In this document: positions 48,804 to 61,028 of the stretch, one piece after another
Layout of the letters: each line of letters opens with the position of its first letter
Position numbering within the stretch: position 1 is the stretch's first letter
NCBI GenBank assembly: GCA_051530055.1
Contig: CM121342.1
Span: forward strand, 7,696,691 to 7,760,690
DNA from: Neoechinorhynchus agilis
Lineage: Eukaryota; Animalia; Acanthocephala
DNA: 64,000 nucleotides
Direction of reading: 5' to 3'
Notes under the pieces: generated by a model
Seen by the model: the letters and a program-made list of their open reading frames with translations, nothing else
Told to the model about the DNA's origin: nothing
Database searches by the model: none
Translations under genes and position numbers: made by a program

Positions 48804-50383
48804 AAAAAATCTGAAAAATCTTTAGGTTCAAGAATTGTTATTTGATTATTGTTCAAATCGAGAGAAGTTATAGTATTGGTTGTTAGCCACTTGTTTATTG
48901 TTCTCACCGTTGTCAGGGTTTGGTTTCTTAGCCAGATAATCTGCGTAGACTTTTTACCATAGATCTTCAAGGCGGTTAAAATGGACTGCGGGACGAATTC
49001 CGAGCGAAGACCGAAGTACGCGAGAGTTAGGTAAATGTTCGTCCTATTGAAGGTTACTGTTGATATGTTATTTCCTCGTAAAACGACCGATGGAATGGAA
49101 TACACGGGATAGTTTCTTGCAATCAAGTCTCGAATTTGATTTTCGGACAAGTCGATGTATTCGAGTTTTTTATTGTTACGAAAAAGATTGCAATGGACAT
49201 AGTTTAGTTGGTTGTAACTAATCGAGAAGATTTCCAGTAGACGATTATTCCTTAAACTGTTCGAGTTGATCGTTGTTATTAGATTATGATCAAGAAATAT
49301 ATCTCTCAAGCCTGTTAACTTCGAAAATGCGTTTTTGTGGAAGCCGTTTATTTTATTATGAGGAAGACGGAGTATTGTAAGACTTGTCCAGTAATCGAAA
49401 TCATTTTCGTCGATGAATTTTATTTGATTAAACGCTAATGAAAATTTCTTTATATTTTCCGTTGTTTGTAAGTTTCCAGGTGGAATCCATTTCAATTGAT
49501 TTCTCGTTATCTCGAGATTTTCAAGTCGAGGTGCTGCAGCTAACAAGTTAGTGTCAAACGCTTTAGCTGATCCATCAGTGACAATAAATTCATATAACCT
49601 TGAATATTGATCTTTATGGCTTAATAAATCGGTTACATTTGCGAGATAGGTAATATGGAGATAACGAAGATTTTTAAACGATTCCATTTTGTCTACGGAT
49701 TTTATTGGATTACCAACTATGTATAATTCCTTAAGAGGGTAAAAAGAGCTGCAATCTTGTGCAGATAAATGTTCAATCAAATTATTATTTAAATCCAATA
49801 CTTTTAGGTATCTTAGTTTTCTAACAACGTTTATACTTTCACTTGTGAGAATATTGTTCGATAAACGAAGCATCTCCAATAGCGGTAATTGCTGTGGGAA
49901 TTGGACAGGAATTACTGATATGTTGTTGAAACTCAAACTTAGTCGAACAACTCTCTTAAGATCTTTAAAAGCGTCTTCTTGAATCTTAACAATTCCAGCT
50001 CTCTCAATGTCCAACTGTTTTACACGTCTGAGTTTATAAAGTAAAGAACTGCTCAGTACTGACGATCTGCTTGACTTTTCCGATTCATGAGAGAAAGTTA
50101 CTTTAACTACTTTTGAAAAGACCAAAGCAAACTTTTCAGGAATATCTTTAAGATCGACATTATTAAATTCAAATATTTTCTGATTGTGTTGAGCAGATCG
50201 CAATAAATTAGTCATCGATTTCATTCTCCCAGCAGCATCATTTTCGTAACACCCTATTCCAAAGCCTAATATCGATTGACAGCGCGTTATTTTGATTTTC
50301 GATTCTCTTCCACTCGGTTCCATTGAAATAAGATTTAGTTGAATGACTAACCATAGAATATTTAAATCAAACACTGGAAACAT
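48803..50383 (-). pseudogene. LRR copy D, 3'-truncated at DFSDFL
   Basis: Open from the ATG at 50383; LRR homology stops at 48803, after which the frame reads into antisense ARP6. Confidence 0.92.
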
Positions 50384-50899
50384 TGCGGTTAAAAATGACG
50401 ACGAAAAAATGGAGACAACTAGTGTACATTTGTACACTACAAAGAGTAAAATAGGCGTAGGATGTTTAAAGAATGAGTATAAGAGCAATACAACGTTAGT
50501 TTTCCCGATGCGCGGTAAAAAAAGCCAATTTTTACTTTTATTTCGACAACTTGAGTTACATTTAGTAATTCGGAATTGGACTTTTCAGCTAGGAAAATGA
50601 AAATGTTAGACTGATAAATTATACTTTAAAATGGATTATTTGATTCAGCTCGGAGCTGTTAGGCCGAAGTTCCGACATTTTAAATTGCGAAAATGATGGA
50701 ATTATTAAGATTTTTTTAAATATTTTAATAAATAAAATTTTGGATTAGTAACACTGAACTTCGTTGTTCTAAGCCAGATTAATAAAAGGAACAAAATTGG
50801 ACAAGAATGTTTTAGAATATTCTAGTTTTTCATTTATAATCTGTGCAAAACAATTGTGATCACCACATCACACGAACTCGAATATTTAATAACTTACAA

Positions 50900-52390
50900 T
50901 CAAAGATGCCGAGGCCAAAGCGCCCAACCACCAAGCTCGTCCCATGTGACATGGACGATTGTCCGGTTACAACTCAAATATGCATCTCTGCTACTTGGGC
51001 AGCAGGCAGGAAATTCATTTGCGGTTTCTGTACTGCCGCCTTGCTCAAACCGTGTTCTCCGGTTTCCCCCCCCTTCCCAATACTAACCACTCCCAAACCC
51101 CCTAATCCCCAACCCCTTCCATCTTCAGTTTACCCACCCCAAACCTCCTCTTCTCCCTCGCTTCACTCGTTCCGAGCGCAAAAAAACCCACAAAAACCAG
51201 CGCTACGTGATTTTTTTTTGAAACTGAACAATGCGCGAATTTGTGCTTAGAATCTTTGCTTAGAAAGTTACATATTGTTTAAAAGTTCAGGAATAAATGC
51301 AGCAATAGATTATCTTCTTTGTTGAACTCAATCAATATATTATTGACTCCTTAATTATCTGAAAACCAGCACATCACAAATATACGAGTGGTGTATACTT
51401 CAAAACAAAAAGAGTTGACATTTGATAATACGAACGACATATAATGGCCGGGTTCGCATTTTGGGACTGCAGTTCGATAAAACGACCAAGCAGATTTTGG
51501 AATGTGTGCAAATTTTTCGCAAATTTGCGCTGACAATTGTTTGGATCATTTAAGACCCCCGGATCCTCCAGACGGACCGGGAACCTCTAAGGTCAGTAAT
51601 GGTGAAGGTAGAAATTTGTTAGATATAATTCCTAATTCCGGTTTTGATGGAGCTCTGGGTTCATCGCTTCCCATAATATCTCCGGGTTTGATGGAGATTT
51701 GGGAGCATCGCTGAAAAATAGGTATAATCTCCGACCAGTTAAAAAGGAAGGACTATATTTTTGTCATTAAAAATGAAGATCTGCTCAAAAAAGAAATTGG
51801 AATAAAAAATATCGCAAAAGAATTCGCCAAAGCTAATCCGAAAAATTCTAAGATTTTCAAAAGAATATTTCAATATTCTCATAAAATTGTCCTTTTTTCA
51901 GAAAAATATAAGAAGGATTTCCTGAAATGCCTATTTACCATTCCCTACTCAGATTTCGCCAGGAAATGCAACATCTTGATGCTAAAGGATAAAAAATATA
52001 TAAGAGATCAGTTGGGAATAATACTTTTAAAATACTTTAAGCCAAATTGCCAAATGCAATGTTGGGACAGACATTGACGATGCATGTAGAAGGGACGGGT
52101 TGCCGATCGGATTACTTGGTTTTAACGTCACCTTCGCAGTATTCAAGAATGAGATGGATGATTTTATAGGGTTGGGGGCACACGGCATACAAATGCGGTA
52201 AAAATGCAGCTGGCACTCACTGCAGTGGGGAGCACCGGTCCAGTAATTGCAAAAAACAAATCCTGTAGAAAATGTGTTAACTGCATTTTGATCCATAAGG
52301 CATACGATACCAGAGGCGAGGACGCAAAAAAGTATTTGAATTTTTTCATTAACAGTGGCGAGAGTAGGATAATGGAGACAAGGGATCAGT
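50900..52390. mobile_element. Jumble of probable LINE ORF1 fragments (half-PHD ORF +, PPDPPD ORF +, PHD-like ORF -)
   Basis: MPRPKRP..CDMDDC..RKFICGFC; LRPPDPPDGPG; FCNY..HCSECQLHFYRICMPC. Assignment is by motif resemblance only. Confidence 0.4.
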
Positions 52391-52505
52391 AAAATATATT
52401 TCTCAAAATCCTCATCAAGAGCCAGATTTGAAGTCCATCGAATTTTTATTCACTAAAGAAAATGAGGGCTTGAAAGAGGCGTTCAAAGTTTTTCAAAATA
52501 TTACG

Positions 52506-52676
52506 TTTTGTTGAAAAGATAATTCATTGTTATTTGTCGATAGGAGAGATAAATGAAATTAAGAATTTATTGTATATTTCGATCCACTATCTCGGATCTT
52601 CTTCAGCCGAGATAGTGGATCGAAATATCAAATCAATAAATCCTTAATTTCATTTATCTCTCCTATCGACAAATAA
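52506..52676. mobile_element. Short palindromic PLE pLTR insertion with hammerhead core; 11-bp TSD
   Basis: Minus 52569-52606 CTGAAGA-A-GATCC(GAGATAGT)GGATC-GAAA-TATA-C; flanking direct repeat CAAAATATTAC; same family as 1921-2053. Confidence 0.8.
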
Positions 52677-52699
52677 AAAATCAAAATATTACAAAGGGG

Positions 52700-53520
52700 C
52701 TTGGAGCTATTAGAAATGAGAATAAGGAATTGAAAAGTTCCTTAAAAAGCTTAATTAAACCCATAGAAAAGGTTAGAATGGGAGGGGGCGACGTTGAAGG
52801 TTGAGGAGGCATTAAAAAGAGCTTTGTCTATAGGGCCTGCCTCGTGCGAAAAAACAAATGGAACCCCCTAAAATTTTTTTAAACTTTGGAGATAAAAGGA
52901 GAAGAGATGGAGAGCTTTTTTGCTCTTTTGATGAAGATAACTGTTTTTGCTAATAGACTTTTAACGGAAGAGTTGATAAAAATTCTATGATTCTTACAGA
53001 GGAAGTCTACACCCCTGGAATGTGATCTAAAGTTGATATTAAGGAAATTTAAATTAGATGCTTATTCATTAATTAGGAGCTTCCTCGAGACCAAGGCTTA
53101 AGTAAGTGGAATAAAGAAAGTTTTGTTACTATTTACGACCAGATTGGCTTTCCTAAGTTCCGAAGACAAAGAATTCATAGAATTAGCTATATTATTAGTT
53201 AGGATTGAATATGTTTAGCTTTACAAAATAGAAATATATCATCCGCATAAACTAGCGGAAATATGGAAGAAGATTTCTTTAATTTGTAAAAATATATATG
53301 AGAACAATTAAGAATAAGGTGGACGAGAGGGGAGAGCCTTGAGGAACGCCATACCTAGAGAAAAATTTAGTGTGAGAAGGGTTCACCTCATAGTAAAATG
53401 ACTTAGATTCCATAAGATAGTTGATTTTGTAGATAAGATTTAGAGGAACTTTAAGATTAACTAAGGCCTCATAAAGGAAAGAGCGATCCAAGGCGTCAAA
53501 AACAAGCGAAAAGAATGTTT
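52700..53520 (-). mobile_element. Decayed non-LTR RT fragment
   Basis: GVPQGSPLSSTLF followed in order by PLVYADDIF. Confidence 0.8.
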
Positions 53521-53860
53521 CGTCCTTTTTTTCGAAGAGTTTTAAGTTGAAGAAGCGAAATACAACTCGGGCAGTGATTTTGCGCTCACAACAATTCCCA
53601 GTTCACAATCTTTGGCGGCAAGTGACTTTGTGTCAAATACTCATTTCCCCTCATCTCACTTGCAGCATTTATGGGAAGCATAAAAACACGTTTTGTTTGC
53701 TTAAAATTTATCCTTCAGCCTTATCTTGAATGAAAAAATAATTAACATTCTGAATACGGCACCACAAATTTTATGGATAAAAACTAAAAGCGCTCTCAAC
53801 TTTATGATAGAATTTTATTTTCAAATCCAACCAAAAGTAAAAACTTTTTGTTCCATTGTT

Positions 53861-53962
53861 TTCTATTTGGTTACTTTTCTTTACATTCACCACCTCCCAC
53901 CAAATTCCAGCTTTTGTCCTTCCTCGACCGTCGCCATCACGCTGGCAGCATTGCCCCGTTGT
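53861..53962 (-). mobile_element. ~100-bp CRE 3'-end insertion present only in duplication copy 1
   Basis: Matches 43530-43610; the empty site TTCCATT|TAAGCCGC is seen in copies 2 and 3. Confidence 0.9.
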
Positions 53963-53976
53963 AAGCCGCTTGACAT

Positions 53977-55665
53977 TCAAAGATCCTGTTCTCGATGTTC
54001 TATGGCATCATTCTCTTGACGATTTTCAGGATCTTTTGCCCAACTGCACTGTTCTCCGGATCCAAGAATACCGTAGATTGCGGAAGATAAGAACAGCGAT
54101 CCAGAATAGACTAATAAAACTGTCTTCCATTTTGAGGCTACATTTCGTGTTTCGAACTGACTAGCCAAGCGAGGGCGTTGGTGAAATGAAATTCCGCGAT
54201 GGCCGACATTGTATTTCCGATTCCGCATATTATTGCGGTTAACTGGCTTCCAATATCTGACACTGCACAAAGTAGCCCTCCTGCGAATGCCAAGTAGAAC
54301 TAAATAAACGAACGATAAGTTAAAGTAAAGATGGCAAAAATTTACATGAAGAATCCACAGAAGAGAAACAATACGACGGCTACGATTCTCCGTTCTGGCG
54401 GAACAAACGCAATCATCAGCATTGACAATCCGACAAGTAGAGAACCTGTTAAAAAATCAATAAACAAATGAATAAACGTTGTTTAACTAACTTCCTGATT
54501 GAAAGAATTTCCTACAGTTTGTTCTGGAAAGGACGCGGCCATTGATCAATTTGTCCGCGAAGTATCCATTAAGGATACTCCCGATTGTGCAAACAACATG
54601 GGGGAGAGCGGAATATAGGCCCATTTCCGAATAACTGTACTTGAGAGCATCCTTTAAGTATTGTGGAACGACCGTGTACGTGGCGTAGAGTCCGAAATCG
54701 TAAAACATCATCGTTAGGCACAATCCCCACACCTCTTTTGATTGAGCGATAGCTTTCCAGGGGATTGCATTGGACGCTGGCGTTGTATGGACCACGTTGC
54801 TTTCGATATAATTCAGTTCATGTTTGTTTATCCTTCTGCAGTTCTGCGGTGACCGCGAACCATATAGCATCCATAAAAGAAGCCAAACCAGTCCAATGAA
54901 TCCTAGATTATTACTTTCTTATACATAATTATTAGCTAGAATTACTTACCAAGAAGATAAAAAAAGAGTGCCCATCCACTAATGTAATATATGATCGTGT
55001 TGTTGATTTTGCAGAAAATGCCGCCCAAGTAGAGAGATACGACTGTTCCCATGGCCTGACTTGCTCCAACGAGGCCCATGTGGGTCGATCTTTCTTTAGG
55101 TGGAAACCAAGCGGCTGCTACACTGTACAGCGAAGGCCACGCAAGAGCTTGGCCAATTCCAGCCACAATGCGGGATGCCACCATTGTGCCGACGCCTTTG
55201 TTGGCGGCAAAGGGACAAATCAGGGTCGAAATTGTTGACATTGTCAAAGATATGGACAGTGTTCTATGGGCATCAGTCCTGGCAACGACATAGCCGCCAA
55301 CGAATTGAACGAGCGCGTATCCAATGTAGAAGGATCCCAGAATTATGCCGGTTCGGGTTTTCCAATCATAATAACCGTTTCCCTGTTATTCAAAAATCGA
55401 AAAATTGATAATAGAAGAAAACCGAATTTACCTTATCGTCCTTCACCATCCCAGTTATTGCTGAACTCAGTCCGTTTCTTTGAGCGTAGCAGGAGAATAT
55501 TGCGAAGCTAAGTAGAACTGTTATTCTTAACCGATATGAGTTAAGAAATAAAACTTAAGGAATTATTGATTTGGTATTAATAAGCAATAAAATACGTACT
55601 CCATTTTGGCCTCGAAACTTCAATTTGATCGAGCTCCAGTTCGAGTTTTGATTCAGCGTTCAATG
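53977..55665 (-). pseudogene. SLC17-family (sialin/VGLUT-like) MFS transporter, copy 1; start codon reads TTG, small indels in last exons
   Basis: CYAQRNGLSSAI, YDWKTRTGIILGSFYIGYALVQFVGG, AAWFPPKERS, YTVVPQYLKDAL, GLYSALPH, GIGNT; ~46-49-nt GT-AG introns. Confidence 0.85.
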
Positions 55666-57060
55666 TTCTGTCGAAAGTTTAACCACAGAGAAATTGCCAA
55701 AGATTATCCGTAGTGGCTGAACTTATCCACCCTGAGAGATACGCAAACTGGCGTCGAACTGTTTTTCAATCTGTGTACGAACACAGTCAACAAAATCCAT
55801 CTATATTTGTCAATAAAAATGCCAGTAAACAAATAATCGGCCGATATTTTTGTTGGTGTCTATGAGATCGCATAAAGAAATCGTGGATTAGTATCTTCGG
55901 TTGTCATTAGCAAACATAACTATAACAATTTTCTATTCGATAATCAAAGTAAATGGATTTTTTATAATTTAGTTGTGCGTTTTTTGGAGGTTGAATTCGA
56001 ACGCAAAACTAAAATGTGGATAATTAGACACCGAGAGTGATCGATAACATCTTCAACAGATTGTTGGAAAATTAAAAAGAAACGTGTTCATCATTTTAAA
56101 GACGCAAACTTAAATATTTTATTGCCACTTCTGCAAGGCTTCAATTATACCATGTCTGAAAAGTTACTTTGATTTACAAAACACCAAACAATGTGAATCA
56201 TTCACTTAAATCATCGTTGTAATGCCCACGGATTTTAGCATGAATTTAACAAAACAAGTATATTCTTTGACCATCTCCCGCTGGAATTAAGGTCTCTAGA
56301 CTTAAAGCAGCGATTTTCTTTAAATGATTCGAAAACACCTATGAAAACGAAAAGCTTACTGATCGTGTTAAAATCTCCAATAAAAATTTAATAGACGTAA
56401 ATGGATTAGTCTCTATGATTGGCATAAATAATGTTTTATGTTGGAAAAAAAATTACGAGAAGCCAAAAACTGTGATAACCTTAAAAATGTATATGTTATT
56501 GGAAAAAATCGTACAGTTTCGTAAATCAAATCGTCGATGATCGTCCTCTTGATGATCGAATATTAAATAATCACTTTTTATTTAGTATCAAGTGCTTTGT
56601 TTTTATATTAGGACAACAATAAAAACGAAAGTTATAATACGAAATCAATAACCCTTCAATTTCTATAATAAGTACAAAGAATGGACAGAACAAATCAAAG
56701 ATATTTGAAAACCGTAGAAATCATTGTCGTCATACTTTTAGCTTAATAATGTTAAAAAATGCTGAATAATGCGTATCAAATGTTCGACGAAGAAGATTAA
56801 TCTTAGAACTTCCTTATATAACTCTTCATTCCTGTGATTATTAAACTTTAATAATTTTATTTTAATGATCCGTGAAGTTTTTTAACGTAAATGTTCGCAT
56901 ATTTAATTCAAATGATGATGTGACCGACGAAAATATTTTTCATACTTAGCATTGAAATGTCGTAGTTCATTTCTCGTAGTCAAAATCATTATCTCCCGAC
57001 TTTGATGCTATGGAAATCGTTGAGATGAAACGGTCGATTTGATCAAGTTGATATTTTATA

Positions 57061-57570
57061 ATGAATAGTCGTGGTGAAGAAACCAATAGGAGAAAAGGAA
57101 AAAGATTGAAACGACGATTGCGAAAACAGCGGCGTGTCCGATTTTCGAAGCTTAGTTCCCAAAAAGCTCCTTTTTATGTAATTAACAGTTTATAATTACC
57201 TGAATTCTTAACAACGAACGTTGCAAACTCAACGAATGAAGGCAACAAAACTCACAAGGAAAAATGCACAACGCGATCGCGACTGTCTAAATTTTTTCAA
57301 CGTTTCAGATAAGCGAAAATACAGAGAACTCTTGTCAAGAAAAGAGTTTGTCATTGCAGATGAACTCTGCTCTGATGCCAGAGAAATTCTTCGGAAATAC
57401 AACATTTTTATGGTGAGTATTTTCATATATGTTTATTATTTTAAGAACTTGGAGATTAAGACTTCAAGTTTCCTTGAAGCGAAGTTTTTGAGTGAACGGT
57501 GGAGGGATGTCTCAAGGTCGAATTCGAGCTTTGAAATTACTTTGATGCAAAAGCAGTTGGAATAATTTTC
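57061..57570 (+). CDS. Small basic protein of unknown function (spliced); second copy at 61029-61526
   Basis: MNSRGEETNRRKGKRLKRRLRKQRRVRF...; clear 33-nt GTGAGT..TTAAG intron near 57414-57446; first intron acceptor unresolved. Confidence 0.45.
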
Positions 57571-57951
57571 GCAGTTTTTCAGTCGATTCGCTGGCAAGCG
57601 AAGAATAATGTTTCGTACTTTTTTCCGAAGAGTTTTAAGTTGAAGAAGCGAAACACAACTCGGGCAGTGATTCTGCGCTCACAACAATTCCCAGCGGCAA
57701 GTGACTTTGTTTCAAAGACTCATTTCCCCTCATCTCACTTGCAGCATTTATGGGAAGCATAAAAACACGTTTTGTTTGCTTAAAATTTATCCTTCAGCCT
57801 TATCTTGAATGAAAAAATAATTAACATTCTGAATACGGCACCACAAATTTTATGGAGAAAAACTAAAAGCGCTCTCAACTTTATGATAGAATTTTATTTT
57901 CAAATCCAACCAAAAGTAAAAACTTTTTGTTCCATTTAAGCCGCTTGACAT

Positions 57952-59627
57952 TCAAAGATCCTGTTCTCGATGTTCTATGGCATCATTCTCTTGACGATTT
58001 TCAGGATCTTTTGCCCAACTGCACTGTTCTCCGGATCCAAGAATACCGTAGATTGCGGAAGATAAGAACAGCGATCCAGAATAGACCATTAAAACTGTCT
58101 TCCATTTTGAGGCTACATTTCGTGTTTCTGAACCGACTATTGTCGAGGGAAGTGTTGGTGAAATGAAACCCGCGATGGCCGACATTGTATTTCCGATTCC
58201 GTATATTATTGCGGAATAATTGCCTCCAATATCTGACACTGCAACAAAGTAGCCTCCTGCGAATGCCATAGAACTAAATAAACGAACGATAAGTTAAAAT
58301 AAAGATGGCAAAAATTTACATGAAGAATCCACAGAAGAGAAACAATACGACGGCTACGATTCTCCGTTCTGGCGGAACAAACGCAATCATCAGCATTGAC
58401 AATCCGACAAGTAGAGAACCTGTTAAAAGATCAATAAACAAATGAATAAACGTTGTTTAACTAACTTCCTGATTGAAAGAATTTCCTACAGTTTGTTCTG
58501 GAAAGGACGCGGCCATTGATCAATTTGTCCGCGAAGTATCCATTAAGGATACTCCCGATTGTGCAAACAACATGGGGGAGAGCGGAATATAGGCCCATTT
58601 CCGAATAACTGTACTTGAGAGCATCCTTTAAGTATTGTGGAACGACCGTGTACGTGGCGTAGAGTCCGAAATCGTAAAACATCATCGTTAGGCACAATCC
58701 CCACACCTCTTTTGATTGAGCGATAGCTTTCCAGGGGATTGCATTGGACGCTGGCGTTGTATGGACCACGTTGCTTTCAATATAATTCAGTTCATGTTTG
58801 TTTATCCTTCTGCAGTTCTGCGGTGACCGCGAACCATATAGCATCCATAAAAGAAGCCAAACCAGTCCAATGAATCCTAGATTATTACTTTTTTATACAT
58901 AATTATTAGCTAGAATACTTACTGCTAAAGATAAAAAAAGAGTGCCCATCCACTAAATGTATATGATCGTGTTGTTGATTTTGCAGAAAATGCCGCCCAA
59001 GTAGAGAGATACGACTGTTCCCATGGCCTGGCTTGCTCCAACGAGGCCCATGTGGGTCGATCTTTCTTTAGGTGGAAACCAATCGGCTGCTACACTGTAC
59101 AGCGAAGGCCACGCAAGAGCTTGGCCAATTCCAGCCACAATGCGGGATGCTACCATTGTGCCGACGCCTTGTTGGCGGCAAAGGGACAAATCAGGTCGAA
59201 ATTGTTGACATTGTCAAAGATAGCGGACAGTGTTCTATGCACTGGCCGTCCTGGCAACGACATAGCCGCCAACGAATTGAACGAGCGCGTATCCAATGGT
59301 ATATCCCAGAATTATGCCGGTTCAGTTCTTCCTAACCAAGTAACAATCGTTTCCTGTTATTCAAAAATCGAAAAATTGATAACAGAAGAAAACCGAATTT
59401 ACCTTATCGTCTCACTATCCCAGTTATTGCTGAACTCAGTCTGCTTTGAGCGCAGTGTGAGTAATACGCAAGCTAAGAGAACTGTTATTCTTAACCGATA
59501 TGAGTTAAGAAATAAAACTTAAGGAATTATTGATTTGGTATTAATAAGCAATAAAATACGTACTCCATTTTGGCCTCGAAACTTCAATTTGATCGAGCTC
59601 CAGTTCGAGTTTTGATTCAGCGTTCAT
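57952..59627 (-). pseudogene. SLC17-family transporter, copy 2; has ATG but several indels
   Basis: Paralog of copy 1; frameshifts around 58915-58960 and 59160-59340. Confidence 0.8.
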
Positions 59628-61028
59628 TGTTCTGTCGAAAGTTTAACCACAGAGAAATTGCCAAAGATTATCCGTAGTGGCTGAACTTATCCACCCTGAG
59701 AGATACGCAAACTGGCGTCGAACTGTTTTTCAATCTGTGTACGAACACAGTCAACAAAATCCATCTATATTTGTCAATAAAAATGCCAGTAAACAAATAA
59801 TCGGCCGATATTTTTGTTGGTGTCTATGAGATCGCATAAAGAAATCGTGGATTAGTATCTTCGGTTGTCATTAGCAAACATAACTATAATAATTTTCTAT
59901 TCGATAATCAAAGTAAATGGATTTTTTATAATTTAGTTGTGCGTTTTTTGGAGGTTGAATTCGAACGCAAAACTAAAATGTGGATAATTAGACACCGAGA
60001 GTGATCGATAACATCTTCAATAGATTGTTGGAAAATTAAAAGAAACACGTGTTCATCATTTTAAAGACGCAAACTTAAATATTTTATTGCCACTCTCAAA
60101 AAAGGTTTACACTATACCATGTCTGAAAAGTTACTTTGATTTACAAAACACCAAACAATGTGAATTATCTACTACAACCCACGTTGTAATGCTCAAGATT
60201 TCAGCACGAATTCTAACAAAACAAGTATATTCTTTGACTATCTCTCGCCGAATTAAGGTTCTAGACTTAAAGCAGCGATTTTCTTTAAATGATTCGAAAA
60301 CACCTATGAAAACGAAAAGCTTACTGATCGTGTTAAAATCTCCAATAAAAATTTAAAAGACGTAAATGGATTAGTCTCTATGATTGGCATAAATAATGTT
60401 TTATGTTGGAAAAAAAATTACGAGAAGCCAAAAACTGTGATAATCTTAAAAATTTATATGTTATTGGAAAAAATCGTACAGTTTCGTAAATCAAATCGTT
60501 TACGATTTCGTCCTCTCGATGATCGAATATTAAATAATCACTTTTTATTTAGTATCAAGTGCTTTGTTTTTATATTAGGACAACAATAAAAACGAAAGTT
60601 ATAATACGAAATCAATAACCCTTCAATTTCTATAATAAGTACAAAGAATGGACAGAACAAATCAAAGATATTTGAAAACCGTAGAAATCATTGTCGTCAT
60701 ACTTTTAGCTTAATAATGTTAAAAAATGCTGAATAATGCGAATCAAATGTTCGACGATGGAGATTAATCTTAGAACTTCCTTATATAACTCTTCATTTCT
60801 GTGATTATTAAACTTCAATAATTTTATTTTAATGATCCGTGAAGTTTTTTAACGTAAATGTTCGCATATTTAATTCAAATGATGATGTGACCGACGAAAA
60901 TATTTTTCATACTTAGCATTGAAATGTCGTAGTTCATTTCTCGTAGTCAAAATCATTATCTCCCGACTTTGATGCTATGGAAATCGTTGAGATGAAACGG
61001 TCGATTTGATCAAGTTGATATTTTATAA

